Positions 1 through 6,950 of a DNA stretch of 49,631 nucleotides are shown here, one piece after another. Source of the stretch: a virus. Lineage: Duplodnaviria; Caudoviricetes. The stretch spans positions 1 through 49,631 of the IMG/VR virus record IMGVR_UViG_3300046786_000327. One strand, 5' to 3'. The first letter of the stretch is position 1; every line of letters begins with the position of its first letter. Position numbers and translations under genes: made by a program. The notes under the pieces are model-generated. The model was not told the origin of the DNA. It saw nothing but the letters and a program-made list of their open reading frames with translations, and did no database searches.

Positions 1-4
1 ACTT

Positions 5-80
5 TGGTCTCCATACGAGGATTTGAACCTCGACCTCCTGACCCCAAATCAGGAACGCTACCAGATTACGCTATATAGAG
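5..80 (-). tRNA. tRNA-Pro(TGG), copy 1
   Basis: Reverse complement folds as a cloverleaf; anticodon arm CCTGA-TTTGGGG-TCAGG; T-loop TTCAAAT; encoded CCA. Confidence 0.93.
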
Positions 81-87
81 ATAAGAT

Positions 88-162
88 TGGTGGAAGCCGT
101 GAGAATCGAACTCATCTAGTCAACAAGGTTGCAAACCCCGCCCGTGCCCCAGCACTGCCCCC
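88..162 (-). tRNA. tRNA-Ala(TGC), non-canonical short D-arm
   Basis: Anticodon arm CGGGG-TTTGCAA-CCTTG; G3:U70 pair and A73 (Ala identity elements); TTCGATT T-loop; CCA; D-arm GTGC-TGGG-GCAC. Confidence 0.7.
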
Positions 163-172
163 ATAAATTGTT

Positions 173-248
173 TGGTGTGTCCTGCAGGGATCGAACCTGC
201 TTCTACGATTTTTCAGACCGCCGCTATGACCACATCAGCTAAAGACAC
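173..248 (-). tRNA. tRNA-Phe(GAA)
   Basis: Acceptor GTGTCTT/AGGACAC; anticodon arm GCGGT-CTGAAAA-ATCGT; GGTTCGATCC; CCA. Confidence 0.92.
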
Positions 249-255
249 ATAATAG

Positions 256-408
256 GTTTTTGAGAGACCAACTATCTTTCTTAAGGACTCGCTGGGTTGT
301 CTCGTATGAGAGAGTTTATGCTAACCTTGTACAATTCTACTGGTGTGTCATGCTCAAGATTAGGGCACTAGAATACAAGGGACTCAATCTCTACGTCTAT
401 CTCAAAAC
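256..408 (-). ncRNA. candidate structured RNA between tRNA-Ile and tRNA-Phe
   Basis: Closing stem TTTTGAGA/TCTCAAAA, inner stems CCTTGTA/TACAAGG and TTCTA/TAGAA; fills the inter-tRNA gap; no credible ORF. Confidence 0.5.
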
Positions 409-409
409 T

Positions 410-483
410 TGGTACCCAGTACAGGTTACGATCCTGTGTCGCACGATTATCAGTCGTGTGCTCTTCCATTGAGCTAACCGGGT
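410..483 (-). tRNA. tRNA-Ile(GAT)
   Basis: Acceptor ACCCGGT/ACTGGGT; anticodon arm CACGA-CTGATAA-TCGTG; atypical T-loop ATCGTAA; CCA. Confidence 0.88.
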
Positions 484-489
484 GTTGTT

Positions 490-564
490 TGGTACTCAGT
501 ACGGGAATCGAACCCGTCTTTACAACTTGAAAGGCTGTCGTCCTTACCGATAGACGAACTGAGT
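490..564 (-). tRNA. tRNA-Glu(TTC)
   Basis: Acceptor ACTCAGT/ACTGAGT; anticodon arm ACAGC-CTTTCAA-GTTGT; GGTTCGATTCC; CCA. Confidence 0.93.
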
Positions 565-568
565 ATAA

Positions 569-652
569 ACTTTGGTCTCCATACGAGGATTTGAACCTCG
601 ACCTCCTGACCCCAAATCAGGAACGCTACCAGATTACGCTATATAGAGATAA
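569..652. repeat. 84-bp exact direct repeat of 1..84 (tRNA-Pro plus flanks)
   Basis: Base-by-base identity of 1-84 and 569-652. Confidence 0.95.
573..648 (-). tRNA. tRNA-Pro(TGG), copy 2
   Basis: Identical in sequence to 5..80. Confidence 0.93.
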
Positions 653-656
653 AACT

Positions 657-716
657 TGGCGCAGAACATTTCTGTTTTTATTCATGTTCAGGAATATTAC
701 TCTAAACATAAACTGC
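657..716 (-). ncRNA. 60-nt CCA-terminated tRNA-like small RNA or degenerate tRNA
   Basis: GCAG...CTGC-G-CCA ends; 11-bp internal stem TTTATGTTTAG/CTGAACATGAA; same spacer context as the neighbouring tRNAs; no T-arm. Confidence 0.45.
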
Positions 717-723
717 ATAAACT

Positions 724-799
724 TGGTAGGGGTACTTGGAATCGAACCAAGATTATCGAGTTCAAAGCCCGATGTGATAAGCCATTACACTATACCCCA
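724..799 (-). tRNA. tRNA-Gln(TTG)
   Basis: Anticodon arm TCGGG-CTTTGAA-CTCGA; GGTTCGATTCC; CCA; unpaired 1:72 position. Confidence 0.92.
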
Positions 800-808
800 A
801 CATAATAC

Positions 809-883
809 TGGCGATGCGTGGGAGAATCGAACTCCCGTCTTCGGATAGACAATCCGAGATAATGACCATTATATGAACGCACC
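809..883 (-). tRNA. tRNA-Asp(GTC)
   Basis: Anticodon arm TCGGA-TTGTCTA-TCCGA; G73; CCA. Confidence 0.92.
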
Positions 884-890
884 TAAAAAT

Positions 891-968
891 TGGCTCCGTA
901 TCAAGGGATCGAACCTTGCTCATTCTTGATTAACAGTCAAGCGCATACACCCTGCTTGCTCATACGGA
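891..968 (-). tRNA. tRNA-Asn(GTT)
   Basis: Acceptor TCCGTAT/ATACGGA; anticodon arm CTTGA-CTGTTAA-TCAAG; G73; CCA. Confidence 0.92.
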
Positions 969-976
969 ATAAAAAC

Positions 977-1419
977 TGTCACTACAGCATATACCCGTCA
1001 GAGGGATACATGTACTGTTCATCTGTAGTAAGCATTCTAAAACACACTAGTGAAATCGCACTACCCCAGTTTCACGCTGAGTTCCCAGTAGCTACAGAGG
1101 CATTGTCCTCCTGCAAATAGTATGTTTTAGAATGCCGTGTATTGCTACACGACATGATAGGGTTGATACCCTACCCAGGAGTCTTACTAGTGCGTTATCG
1201 CCACACGTTCATGTATCCTGTCCGCCCATTCTATACATTTTACGCTGTATTACGGCTCTCGTTGCCTATTCACGTTTTCTATCAGTCATCAAAGTAAAAC
1301 TTTTCGTCACCTTTGCGCTGATAGAGACTTGCACGTTCAATCTTGTTACGGATCAATTGTGCTAATTGCTCTTTCGTTAAGACATGATCGCTAAACCAAT
1401 CACTCTTTTCGTCAGAAGC
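977..1419 (-). ncRNA. candidate large multi-hairpin RNA (or several small RNAs) at the head of the tRNA array
   Basis: 18-bp stem 1032-1049/1118-1135 (G-U wobble only on the minus strand) closing three hairpins; CGTGTA-GCAA-TACACG GNRA hairpin at 1136-1151; further stems 981-987/1023-1029, 1158-1173 and 1279-1285/1318-1324. Ends are uncertain. Confidence 0.55.
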
Positions 1420-1424
1420 CTTGA

Positions 1425-1453
1425 ATTCTATTTCAACTTCCATTTATTGTCAA
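1425..1453 (-). promoter_or_regulatory. sigma70-type promoter P3
   Basis: TTGACA (1453-1448), 17-nt spacer, TAGAAT (1430-1425). Confidence 0.75.
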
Positions 1454-1481
1454 ATTTCCTTTTGTTGTATTTTAACAACAC

Positions 1482-1521
1482 AAACAAAAACCCCTGAGAC
1501 TTTTTAGTTTCCCAGGGGTTT
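1482..1521 (-). terminator. intrinsic terminator (attenuator hairpin)
   Basis: AAACCCCTGGGA-loop-TCTCAGGGGTTT followed by TTGTTT. Confidence 0.85.
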
Positions 1522-1545
1522 CATAATCTTGTTAGAGTAGTTACT

Positions 1546-1710
1546 TTAAGCGTAACCTGCTCCTTCTATGAAACTCCCTGGTAGCCCCTCATCATTATAT
1601 GAGCGAATACTCGGTGTTGACATGTTACCCGCAAAGGCTAACACTGGTGTCAAAGAGGCTATCTGCCACTGACCCGTATGTTTTAGCGATTGACAAGTAA
1701 AGTTTTTCAT
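1546..1710 (-). CDS. 54-aa putative leader peptide MKNFTCQSLKHTGQWQIASLTPVLAFAGNMSTPSIRSYNDEGLPGSFIEGAGYA
   Basis: Manually translated ATG..TAA ORF not in the ORF track; lies between promoters and the terminator; its 3' part (1567-1581) is complementary to the terminator 5' arm (1512-1525). Confidence 0.65.
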   Translation of the reverse strand: MKNFTCQSLKHTGQWQIASLTPVLAFAGNMSTPSIRSYNDEGLPGSFIEGAGYA

Positions 1711-1788
1711 AGTAAAGTTATTTAGTCCTGGTTAAAAAAATTGTCTTTTAAGGCTGTTTTTTTGTGCCTTTTCTCAATTCATGTATGA

Positions 1789-1817
1789 ATTATAGCAGAG
1801 AAGTGAAATAGTGTCAA
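1789..1817 (-). promoter_or_regulatory. sigma70-type promoter P2 (perfect consensus)
   Basis: TTGACA (1817-1812), 17-nt spacer, TGn-TATAAT (1794-1789). Confidence 0.85.
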
Positions 1818-1887
1818 CACTTTTTTTCAGCTAACTGCCCAAAATTCAAAAATTCTTTTCTGCTCTGATTTCTCAAAACATGTGTGT

Positions 1888-1916
1888 AGTATATATGCCT
1901 TTTGAATTGTTGTCAA
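1888..1916 (-). promoter_or_regulatory. sigma70-type promoter P1
   Basis: TTGACA (1916-1911), 17-nt spacer, TATACT (1893-1888). Confidence 0.8.
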
Positions 1917-1936
1917 ATTTTTGTTTGCCCATAATC

Positions 1937-2806
1937 TTAGTCACTCAACAAGCTGTGCCATTTCTGCTTGTTTTCCTGATGGATCGTTGCGGCCTTGACC
2001 ATAGATGGCTTGCTAATTCTACCAAAGTCATCTTGACATAGTGTTGCTAGCTTTTCTGCGTTGCTCTCATTCAGTATAGCATTGAGTTCTCGGAGCACGT
2101 TGTCGTCTGTACCTTTGGGTGCTAACACTAACACATCAGTCACTAGCGTGTCTAGGCCTTTGATGCCTTGACTTTGGAATGTTTTTGCCCCTGCTAGAGA
2201 CCGTTTGCCCGTAATGCCTAATATGTTTAGATTGCTTTGGGTACGATATGATGATAGCCAATCAACTGTGGTGTCTAGAATGCCTGACAACAAATCAACT
2301 GTAGAATCTGTAGCACCTTTGTAGGAAACTTCAAATAATTTAACATTAGTTGAGTTTTTATTGATTAGCTTGGGCACTAGTGACAACACTCCGCCAGGAG
2401 TTATTCCGGCAGACAATTCTTTGTTGTGACCGGTTAGAACAGTGAGCTTCTTACTGTACACTGCCAAAGGTCTGTCAACACATACTTCTGTTACTACAGT
2501 GAACTTGTCAACATCATAGCTGTCCTTCATGTTATACGGTACTGTATAAAAAGAACTTGAGTGTACCATAATGTTAAGGCCGGGTGAATTAAGTGTGCTG
2601 TTTACTGCAATAATGCCACCTGCACCGGGCTTCATGACAAATACAAATTGATACTTGTCTTGTATTTTGTTTGCGTTATCCACTAGTGTTCTAGCCATAG
2701 TAGCTTGATTAGAACCAAGGGTATAGGGCCAAAAAACTTGTACCGTCTGCGTAGCATTCACGTTAAAGGTAAAGATGAAAAGTAATAATGACAGAATTTT
2801 CTTCAT
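1937..2806 (-). CDS. Bug/TctC-family tripartite tricarboxylate transporter substrate-binding protein
   Basis: Signal peptide; WPY..GS, KPGAGG.IA and V.YKG...DLLSG.LD motifs typical of Bug proteins. Confidence 0.75.
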   Translation of the reverse strand: MKKILSLLLFIFTFNVNATQTVQVFWPYTLGSNQATMARTLVDNANKIQDKYQFVFVMKPGAGGIIAVNSTLNSPGLNIMVHSSSFYTVPYNMKDSYDVDKFTVVTEVCVDRPLAVYSKKLTVLTGHNKELSAGITPGGVLSLVPKLINKNSTNVKLFEVSYKGATDSTVDLLSGILDTTVDWLSSYRTQSNLNILGITGKRSLAGAKTFQSQGIKGLDTLVTDVLVLAPKGTDDNVLRELNAILNESNAEKLATLCQDDFGRISKPSMVKAATIHQENKQKWHSLLSD

Positions 2807-4059
2807 ATAGTTGGTTGTTTAAAAGTTGACGCATTTCCTATTTTATAGGCTTTGATATTTTGATTGAATCCAGTTAAGCTATTATTTAGATACTTTGGAT
2901 GGATGCTCTTATAAAAATTTAAAAAGTCACTCTCAAATAGTTGATTCGCTCTTGTATTACCATGTAATTCGTGGAACCAGTCGTGGTTACGTGCAAAGAA
3001 AGTTTGTGTAGGGTCTACTTTGTTTGCTTGAAATAAATTTTTAGTATAAGTTTTAGGGTATATAAAAGGAACTATGCTTCGTTCGTATACAGCGAACGGG
3101 TTGTAATAAGCTACATGGACATCTGAATTGAATTTTCTATTCCTAGGTAAAATTCTTTTCATTGCCTCGTCAGGCGTTAGAACACGCATCTTCCTCATGC
3201 TTGCTAGTTGTGCTAAATCTATCATAGCCTTGTATGCAATACTATTTTCTGGCTTATGTATCTCTCTTGCAATAACATGCGCTTGTTTAACTAACATCTC
3301 TGGTAGATCAGGACTCCAGTAGAACAAAATACGATCCACATTAGGATATTCTTTTCTAAATGGTCGCTTAGGTATGTTTACAGGGATATCAGACATTAAT
3401 GTATACATGTCGCCGTTAGGGAACATCGTTAACACTGGTTTATCTATACCATTCACTACAGCTATACGCTTACCATTTTCTGCCATATCAGTTAGTCTAT
3501 TGAATTCGTCTAGTCTACTATGAGAATGTGTCCACGAATTTATGAAGTCCCCCTGACAGTCAAGTACCCATTCATCTGTTACTGGGTTAATCATTGTCTT
3601 GAATGAATCAATGATTGTTGTTTTTACTTTAGGGTACTTAGTTGCTATCTCATGCATTAATGGAAGTTGAGCATATTTTGTTTCTGATATTGTATTTTCT
3701 GTTGAGACATCTTTATCATTGAACTCAAAGTTTGACAAGCCACTTAGCGGAGCCATAGCAATTACTTCGTCCACATGTATATTGTTTTCTAAGAATGATT
3801 TTACTACGTTGGTACTATCGGCGCCGCCGCTACAGAAAACAATAACATAATCATACGCATCACGTATCTGTTGTGCCCTCATTTTATAGAGGGTGTCCAA
3901 TGAGAGCAGTGGTTCTGCTAACCAATTAACCTTGCTAAATTTATCGTCAAAAAAGTACCATTCAACTTCTGCTTTCGTCTTTTGAGCTTCTAGTATTGCT
4001 TCAATTTTAGTTGGGTATATTATACCATTTACTTTATAGTGACCTAATTCATTTTTCAT
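2803..4059 (-). CDS. PP-loop (adenine nucleotide alpha-hydrolase-like) protein, paralog 1
   Basis: CSGGADSTN and GIDKP motifs; RAQQIRD.YDY shared with paralogs. Confidence 0.7.
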   Translation of the reverse strand: MKNELGHYKVNGIIYPTKIEAILEAQKTKAEVEWYFFDDKFSKVNWLAEPLLSLDTLYKMRAQQIRDAYDYVIVFCSGGADSTNVVKSFLENNIHVDEVIAMAPLSGLSNFEFNDKDVSTENTISETKYAQLPLMHEIATKYPKVKTTIIDSFKTMINPVTDEWVLDCQGDFINSWTHSHSRLDEFNRLTDMAENGKRIAVVNGIDKPVLTMFPNGDMYTLMSDIPVNIPKRPFRKEYPNVDRILFYWSPDLPEMLVKQAHVIAREIHKPENSIAYKAMIDLAQLASMRKMRVLTPDEAMKRILPRNRKFNSDVHVAYYNPFAVYERSIVPFIYPKTYTKNLFQANKVDPTQTFFARNHDWFHELHGNTRANQLFESDFLNFYKSIHPKYLNNSLTGFNQNIKAYKIGNASTFKQPTI

Positions 4060-4547
4060 AAAATATTTGTTGAACTACGATTTATTGGTTCGTATACTGA
4101 TATGGCTAAACGTGTACTACTTACGTTAGTAACTTGATGTTTGGTTGAGGAATCATGCTTGTACCATACATATGGTTCATACTGAACACTTTCTAACAGA
4201 TTGTTGTCTTCATCAAACCATGAGGTTGTTGCATCATTAGGAAGCACTAGGTAGTTGTAGGCTGCTGTTCGTATAGCATCTACATGTTTATTACCTTGAG
4301 TAATACCGTAAAACTGCTGTAGTATCACTTTGCATGTATCTGGTAATGGTAAATTTTCTCTGACCCATGCTACTACGTTAGCAGGAGCCGGGAACTGTGA
4401 GTACCCTACCCTAGTAGGTGATTGCGTTTTGGCAGCAATCCACACTGAGTTAGGGTTTGATTCTGCGTAGTCGATACATTCTTGTACTAAGTGTTGTGGT
4501 ACTTGTAGCCAATCTAATTTTGTATAGTGTTTCATTTTTTCATCCAT
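4056..4547 (-). CDS. putative Fe(II)/2OG oxygenase-like (cupin-fold) protein
   Basis: HVD...H.V.N....RL.IS pattern. Confidence 0.55.
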   Translation of the reverse strand: MDEKMKHYTKLDWLQVPQHLVQECIDYAESNPNSVWIAAKTQSPTRVGYSQFPAPANVVAWVRENLPLPDTCKVILQQFYGITQGNKHVDAIRTAAYNYLVLPNDATTSWFDEDNNLLESVQYEPYVWYKHDSSTKHQVTNVSSTRLAISVYEPINRSSTNIL

Positions 4548-5719
4548 TTATCAACTGTGCCTATCAAGTAATTCTGACTGAACATCTTAAAACCAGTCTT
4601 GTCTGTGTAGAGGTATTTATCGTCAAATTGTTTGTAAAAGCTGTTAAATTCCGATACCATCATTTGAGCAAAGTTTGTATTCTTATGTAGCTTCCAAAAC
4701 CAATCGTTATGTGATGCCATGAATTGTCCATCTGCTTTCTCGCACTGAAAGACAGAACCATCCCACGTGCCGGGATATATGATAGGCGTGATGCTTCGTT
4801 GATATATGCTCTTAGGTGACTTTGCGGGAACGGGTACTCCTAACTCATTTACTAAGCCTGTATGTGGTCTAGGGTTACTTATGTCACGTACAATTTTTTC
4901 TAACCAGGCATTTTCTGGTTTATACATAAAATTGCACAACACATGGCATTGCTTAACCATCAACTCGGGTAATTCAGGGGTGTAGTAGAACAATACTCTG
5001 TCAACGTTAGGATACGGATAGTCAAAAGGATCTTTAGATCCAATGTTCACAACTTTATCAACGATAGCAACTATGATGTGTTTGTCAGCATGGAATCTAA
5101 TCTGTGGTTTATCGACACCGATGACAACGCCAATTCGTTTACCTTGCTCTGCTAGTTTAACTAAGTGCGGCAATGATTGAAGTCCAAACTTGTCAGCAGG
5201 GTTAATCATCTCGTTAAATTTACTATGCCAAAATTCTGCGGATATGTTATTAAGACCATCAAAATAGTCGTGAATAGAAATTTTTACTTGCGGGAACTTA
5301 CTTGCAATCTCTGCTAACAATGGGAATTGTGCAAATTTTGTTTCACTAACTGTATTGCTAGCCGATGTGTCAGTACTCCAATTCCAGTTGTTTAATCCAG
5401 ACATGGGTGCGTCTGCTACTATTTCATCAACACGTATGCCGTTGTTTAGAAAACTCCAAATAACATTTGTGCTGTCTGCACCTCCGCTGACACGAACAAT
5501 CACATAATCATACTTGTCACGTATTTGTTGGGCACGTATTCTATACAGTTCCTGCAATGACATTGCTGGTTCTTCTTGCCAATTAACTTTGCTGAAAATG
5601 TCTTGATAAAAATACCAAGACATTTCTTTATTAGTTCTTTGCGCTTCTAATATAGCAAGAATTTTATCAGTGTAAATTTTTCCATCTACTACATAATGAC
5701 CGTTACCAGTGGTGTTCAT
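4532..5719 (-). CDS. PP-loop protein, paralog 2
   Basis: SGGADSTN and GVDKP; alignable over its length with 2803..4059. Confidence 0.7.
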   Translation of the reverse strand: MNTTGNGHYVVDGKIYTDKILAILEAQRTNKEMSWYFYQDIFSKVNWQEEPAMSLQELYRIRAQQIRDKYDYVIVRVSGGADSTNVIWSFLNNGIRVDEIVADAPMSGLNNWNWSTDTSASNTVSETKFAQFPLLAEIASKFPQVKISIHDYFDGLNNISAEFWHSKFNEMINPADKFGLQSLPHLVKLAEQGKRIGVVIGVDKPQIRFHADKHIIVAIVDKVVNIGSKDPFDYPYPNVDRVLFYYTPELPELMVKQCHVLCNFMYKPENAWLEKIVRDISNPRPHTGLVNELGVPVPAKSPKSIYQRSITPIIYPGTWDGSVFQCEKADGQFMASHNDWFWKLHKNTNFAQMMVSEFNSFYKQFDDKYLYTDKTGFKMFSQNYLIGTVDKWMKK

Positions 5720-6603
5720 TTCCTAGATTTCCAAAAATCATATTCTTGTTGTACATTTCTCTGAGTTACGAAATAATCAGCAGGAGTAGTAATGATTCCT
5801 GATTCTTTGAAATAACTAGCTACTTCCGGGACAGCCATAAATTTATTAAACACTATCTGATTTACTCTGTGTAGATATTGAGTATTTGCTTCTTTATGAC
5901 CAACTAACAAAAATTGAGTGTGCATGAATGTGTTGATCCCTAAGCACTCTGACCAACTAGGGACACCATTAACCTTTTTGCTTGTAGTATTTGCAATGGG
6001 AGTATATGTTTCAGTATCGCTAAATCCACCAGTCAATGAATGGATGAAAGTAGCGTGTACTGTTCCCTGATGAATATCAGGTATCATTTGTGCAATAGTT
6101 TTATAGGGGACTTCCGTGTGACCTGGGTACTTTTTACTAATGATAGAAATAGCAGTGCTACCCGTCGTACCAATCCCAGAACTACCAAAGAAATATTTCT
6201 TCGAAGGGTCTCTGAAGTTTTCACATGTTAGCCCATGCTTCTTAGAAGTAACTAAGTATAACGGACTATTCCCAAAAATTGCAGGGTATGTGAAAGAATC
6301 TAGGGGCATGTTCTGAGCCACTAGATGCATGTAATGTGCGGGACTTGTAACCATTAGAGTATCATATTTGTTTGATGACTCTAATGTTTTCATGGCTAGT
6401 AAGCCTGCTCCACCGTTAATGTTTTGAACAATTACAGTGTCGCCCAATTCTGCTTCTAAAACAGGGGCTAGTCTTCTAGCAATAATATCAAATGATCCGC
6501 CCGCAGAGAAAGGGACGATAATTCTTATTTCGGCATGTGCTATAGATGCGACCATGCATAACAAAATTAATAATAGTTTTTTCATGAGATTATTTAATCT
6601 CAT
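5716..6603 (-). CDS. Bug/TctC-family substrate-binding protein
   Basis: Signal peptide; IIVPFSAGGSFDIIAR, VQN..GGAG, GSSGIG and VPYK motifs. Confidence 0.85.
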   Translation of the reverse strand: MRLNNLMKKLLLILLCMVASIAHAEIRIIVPFSAGGSFDIIARRLAPVLEAELGDTVIVQNINGGAGLLAMKTLESSNKYDTLMVTSPAHYMHLVAQNMPLDSFTYPAIFGNSPLYLVTSKKHGLTCENFRDPSKKYFFGSSGIGTTGSTAISIISKKYPGHTEVPYKTIAQMIPDIHQGTVHATFIHSLTGGFSDTETYTPIANTTSKKVNGVPSWSECLGINTFMHTQFLLVGHKEANTQYLHRVNQIVFNKFMAVPEVASYFKESGIITTPADYFVTQRNVQQEYDFWKSRK

Positions 6604-6619
6604 TACTTCCTATAGAATT

Positions 6620-6940
6620 TTAAATTACTTCTGCACTTATCGGTTCTAGTACTATTCCATTCTCTGCATAATATGCGTCACGGGCAGGGAAAAAATCTGC
6701 CACCAATATTGGATCATCTTTGTAGGCGTCAAAGTCTTCTTTTGAAAGCCAAAATGCTTGGCTAGTAGTGCTTAATTCGTCTTCCGAACGTTCCCATGCA
6801 GTGTGTACGATTTTGCCGGTTAGGACGTATGTATTGACGAAATGTTCTCTAGTCTCATCTGAGATTTGGGTTGATTCTTTAAAGTTATAGAACTCGACTG
6901 TTGTATCGGGTCTAGTGTGTTTGGTAATTACTAAGTACAT
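6620..6940 (-). CDS. small hypothetical protein (possible dimeric alpha+beta barrel), paralog of 9793..10113
   Basis: RP.T.V.F, W.S.E and AY..EN.I shared with the paralog; AGGAG RBS with upstream TAAATA. Confidence 0.7.
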   Translation of the reverse strand: MYLVITKHTRPDTTVEFYNFKESTQISDETREHFVNTYVLTGKIVHTAWERSEDELSTTSQAFWLSKEDFDAYKDDPILVADFFPARDAYYAENGIVLEPISAEVI

Positions 6941-6950
6941 TATTGTTCTC

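Noticed and set aside
88-162. tmRNA (GGGGGC...TCCACCA ends with G3:U70)
   Set aside because: Only 75 nt between the ends, with a TGC anticodon arm and no tag reading frame.
256-408. GTTTTGAGA...CTCAAAAC resembling a type II CRISPR repeat
   Set aside because: Single inverted pair, no repeat-spacer array and no cas genes in the window.
260-1365. Plus-strand ORFs 260-472, 591-848, 890-1120 and 1132-1365
   Set aside because: Antisense to tRNAs and structured RNA; no RBS or protein-like features.
977-1419. Naming the structured region as GOLLD, ROOL, RNase P or SRP RNA
   Set aside because: Shorter than typical GOLLD/ROOL and I could not find the RNase P or SRP signature sequences; a covariance-model search is needed.
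1282-1443. 53-aa minus-strand ORF MEVEIEFKASDEKSDWFSDHVLTKEQLAQLIRNKIERASLYQRKGDEKFYFDD
   Set aside because: Its ATG lies inside the -35/-10 spacer of promoter P3, the SD spacing is poor and it overlaps RNA stems. Not called, although it could be translated from attenuator read-through transcripts.
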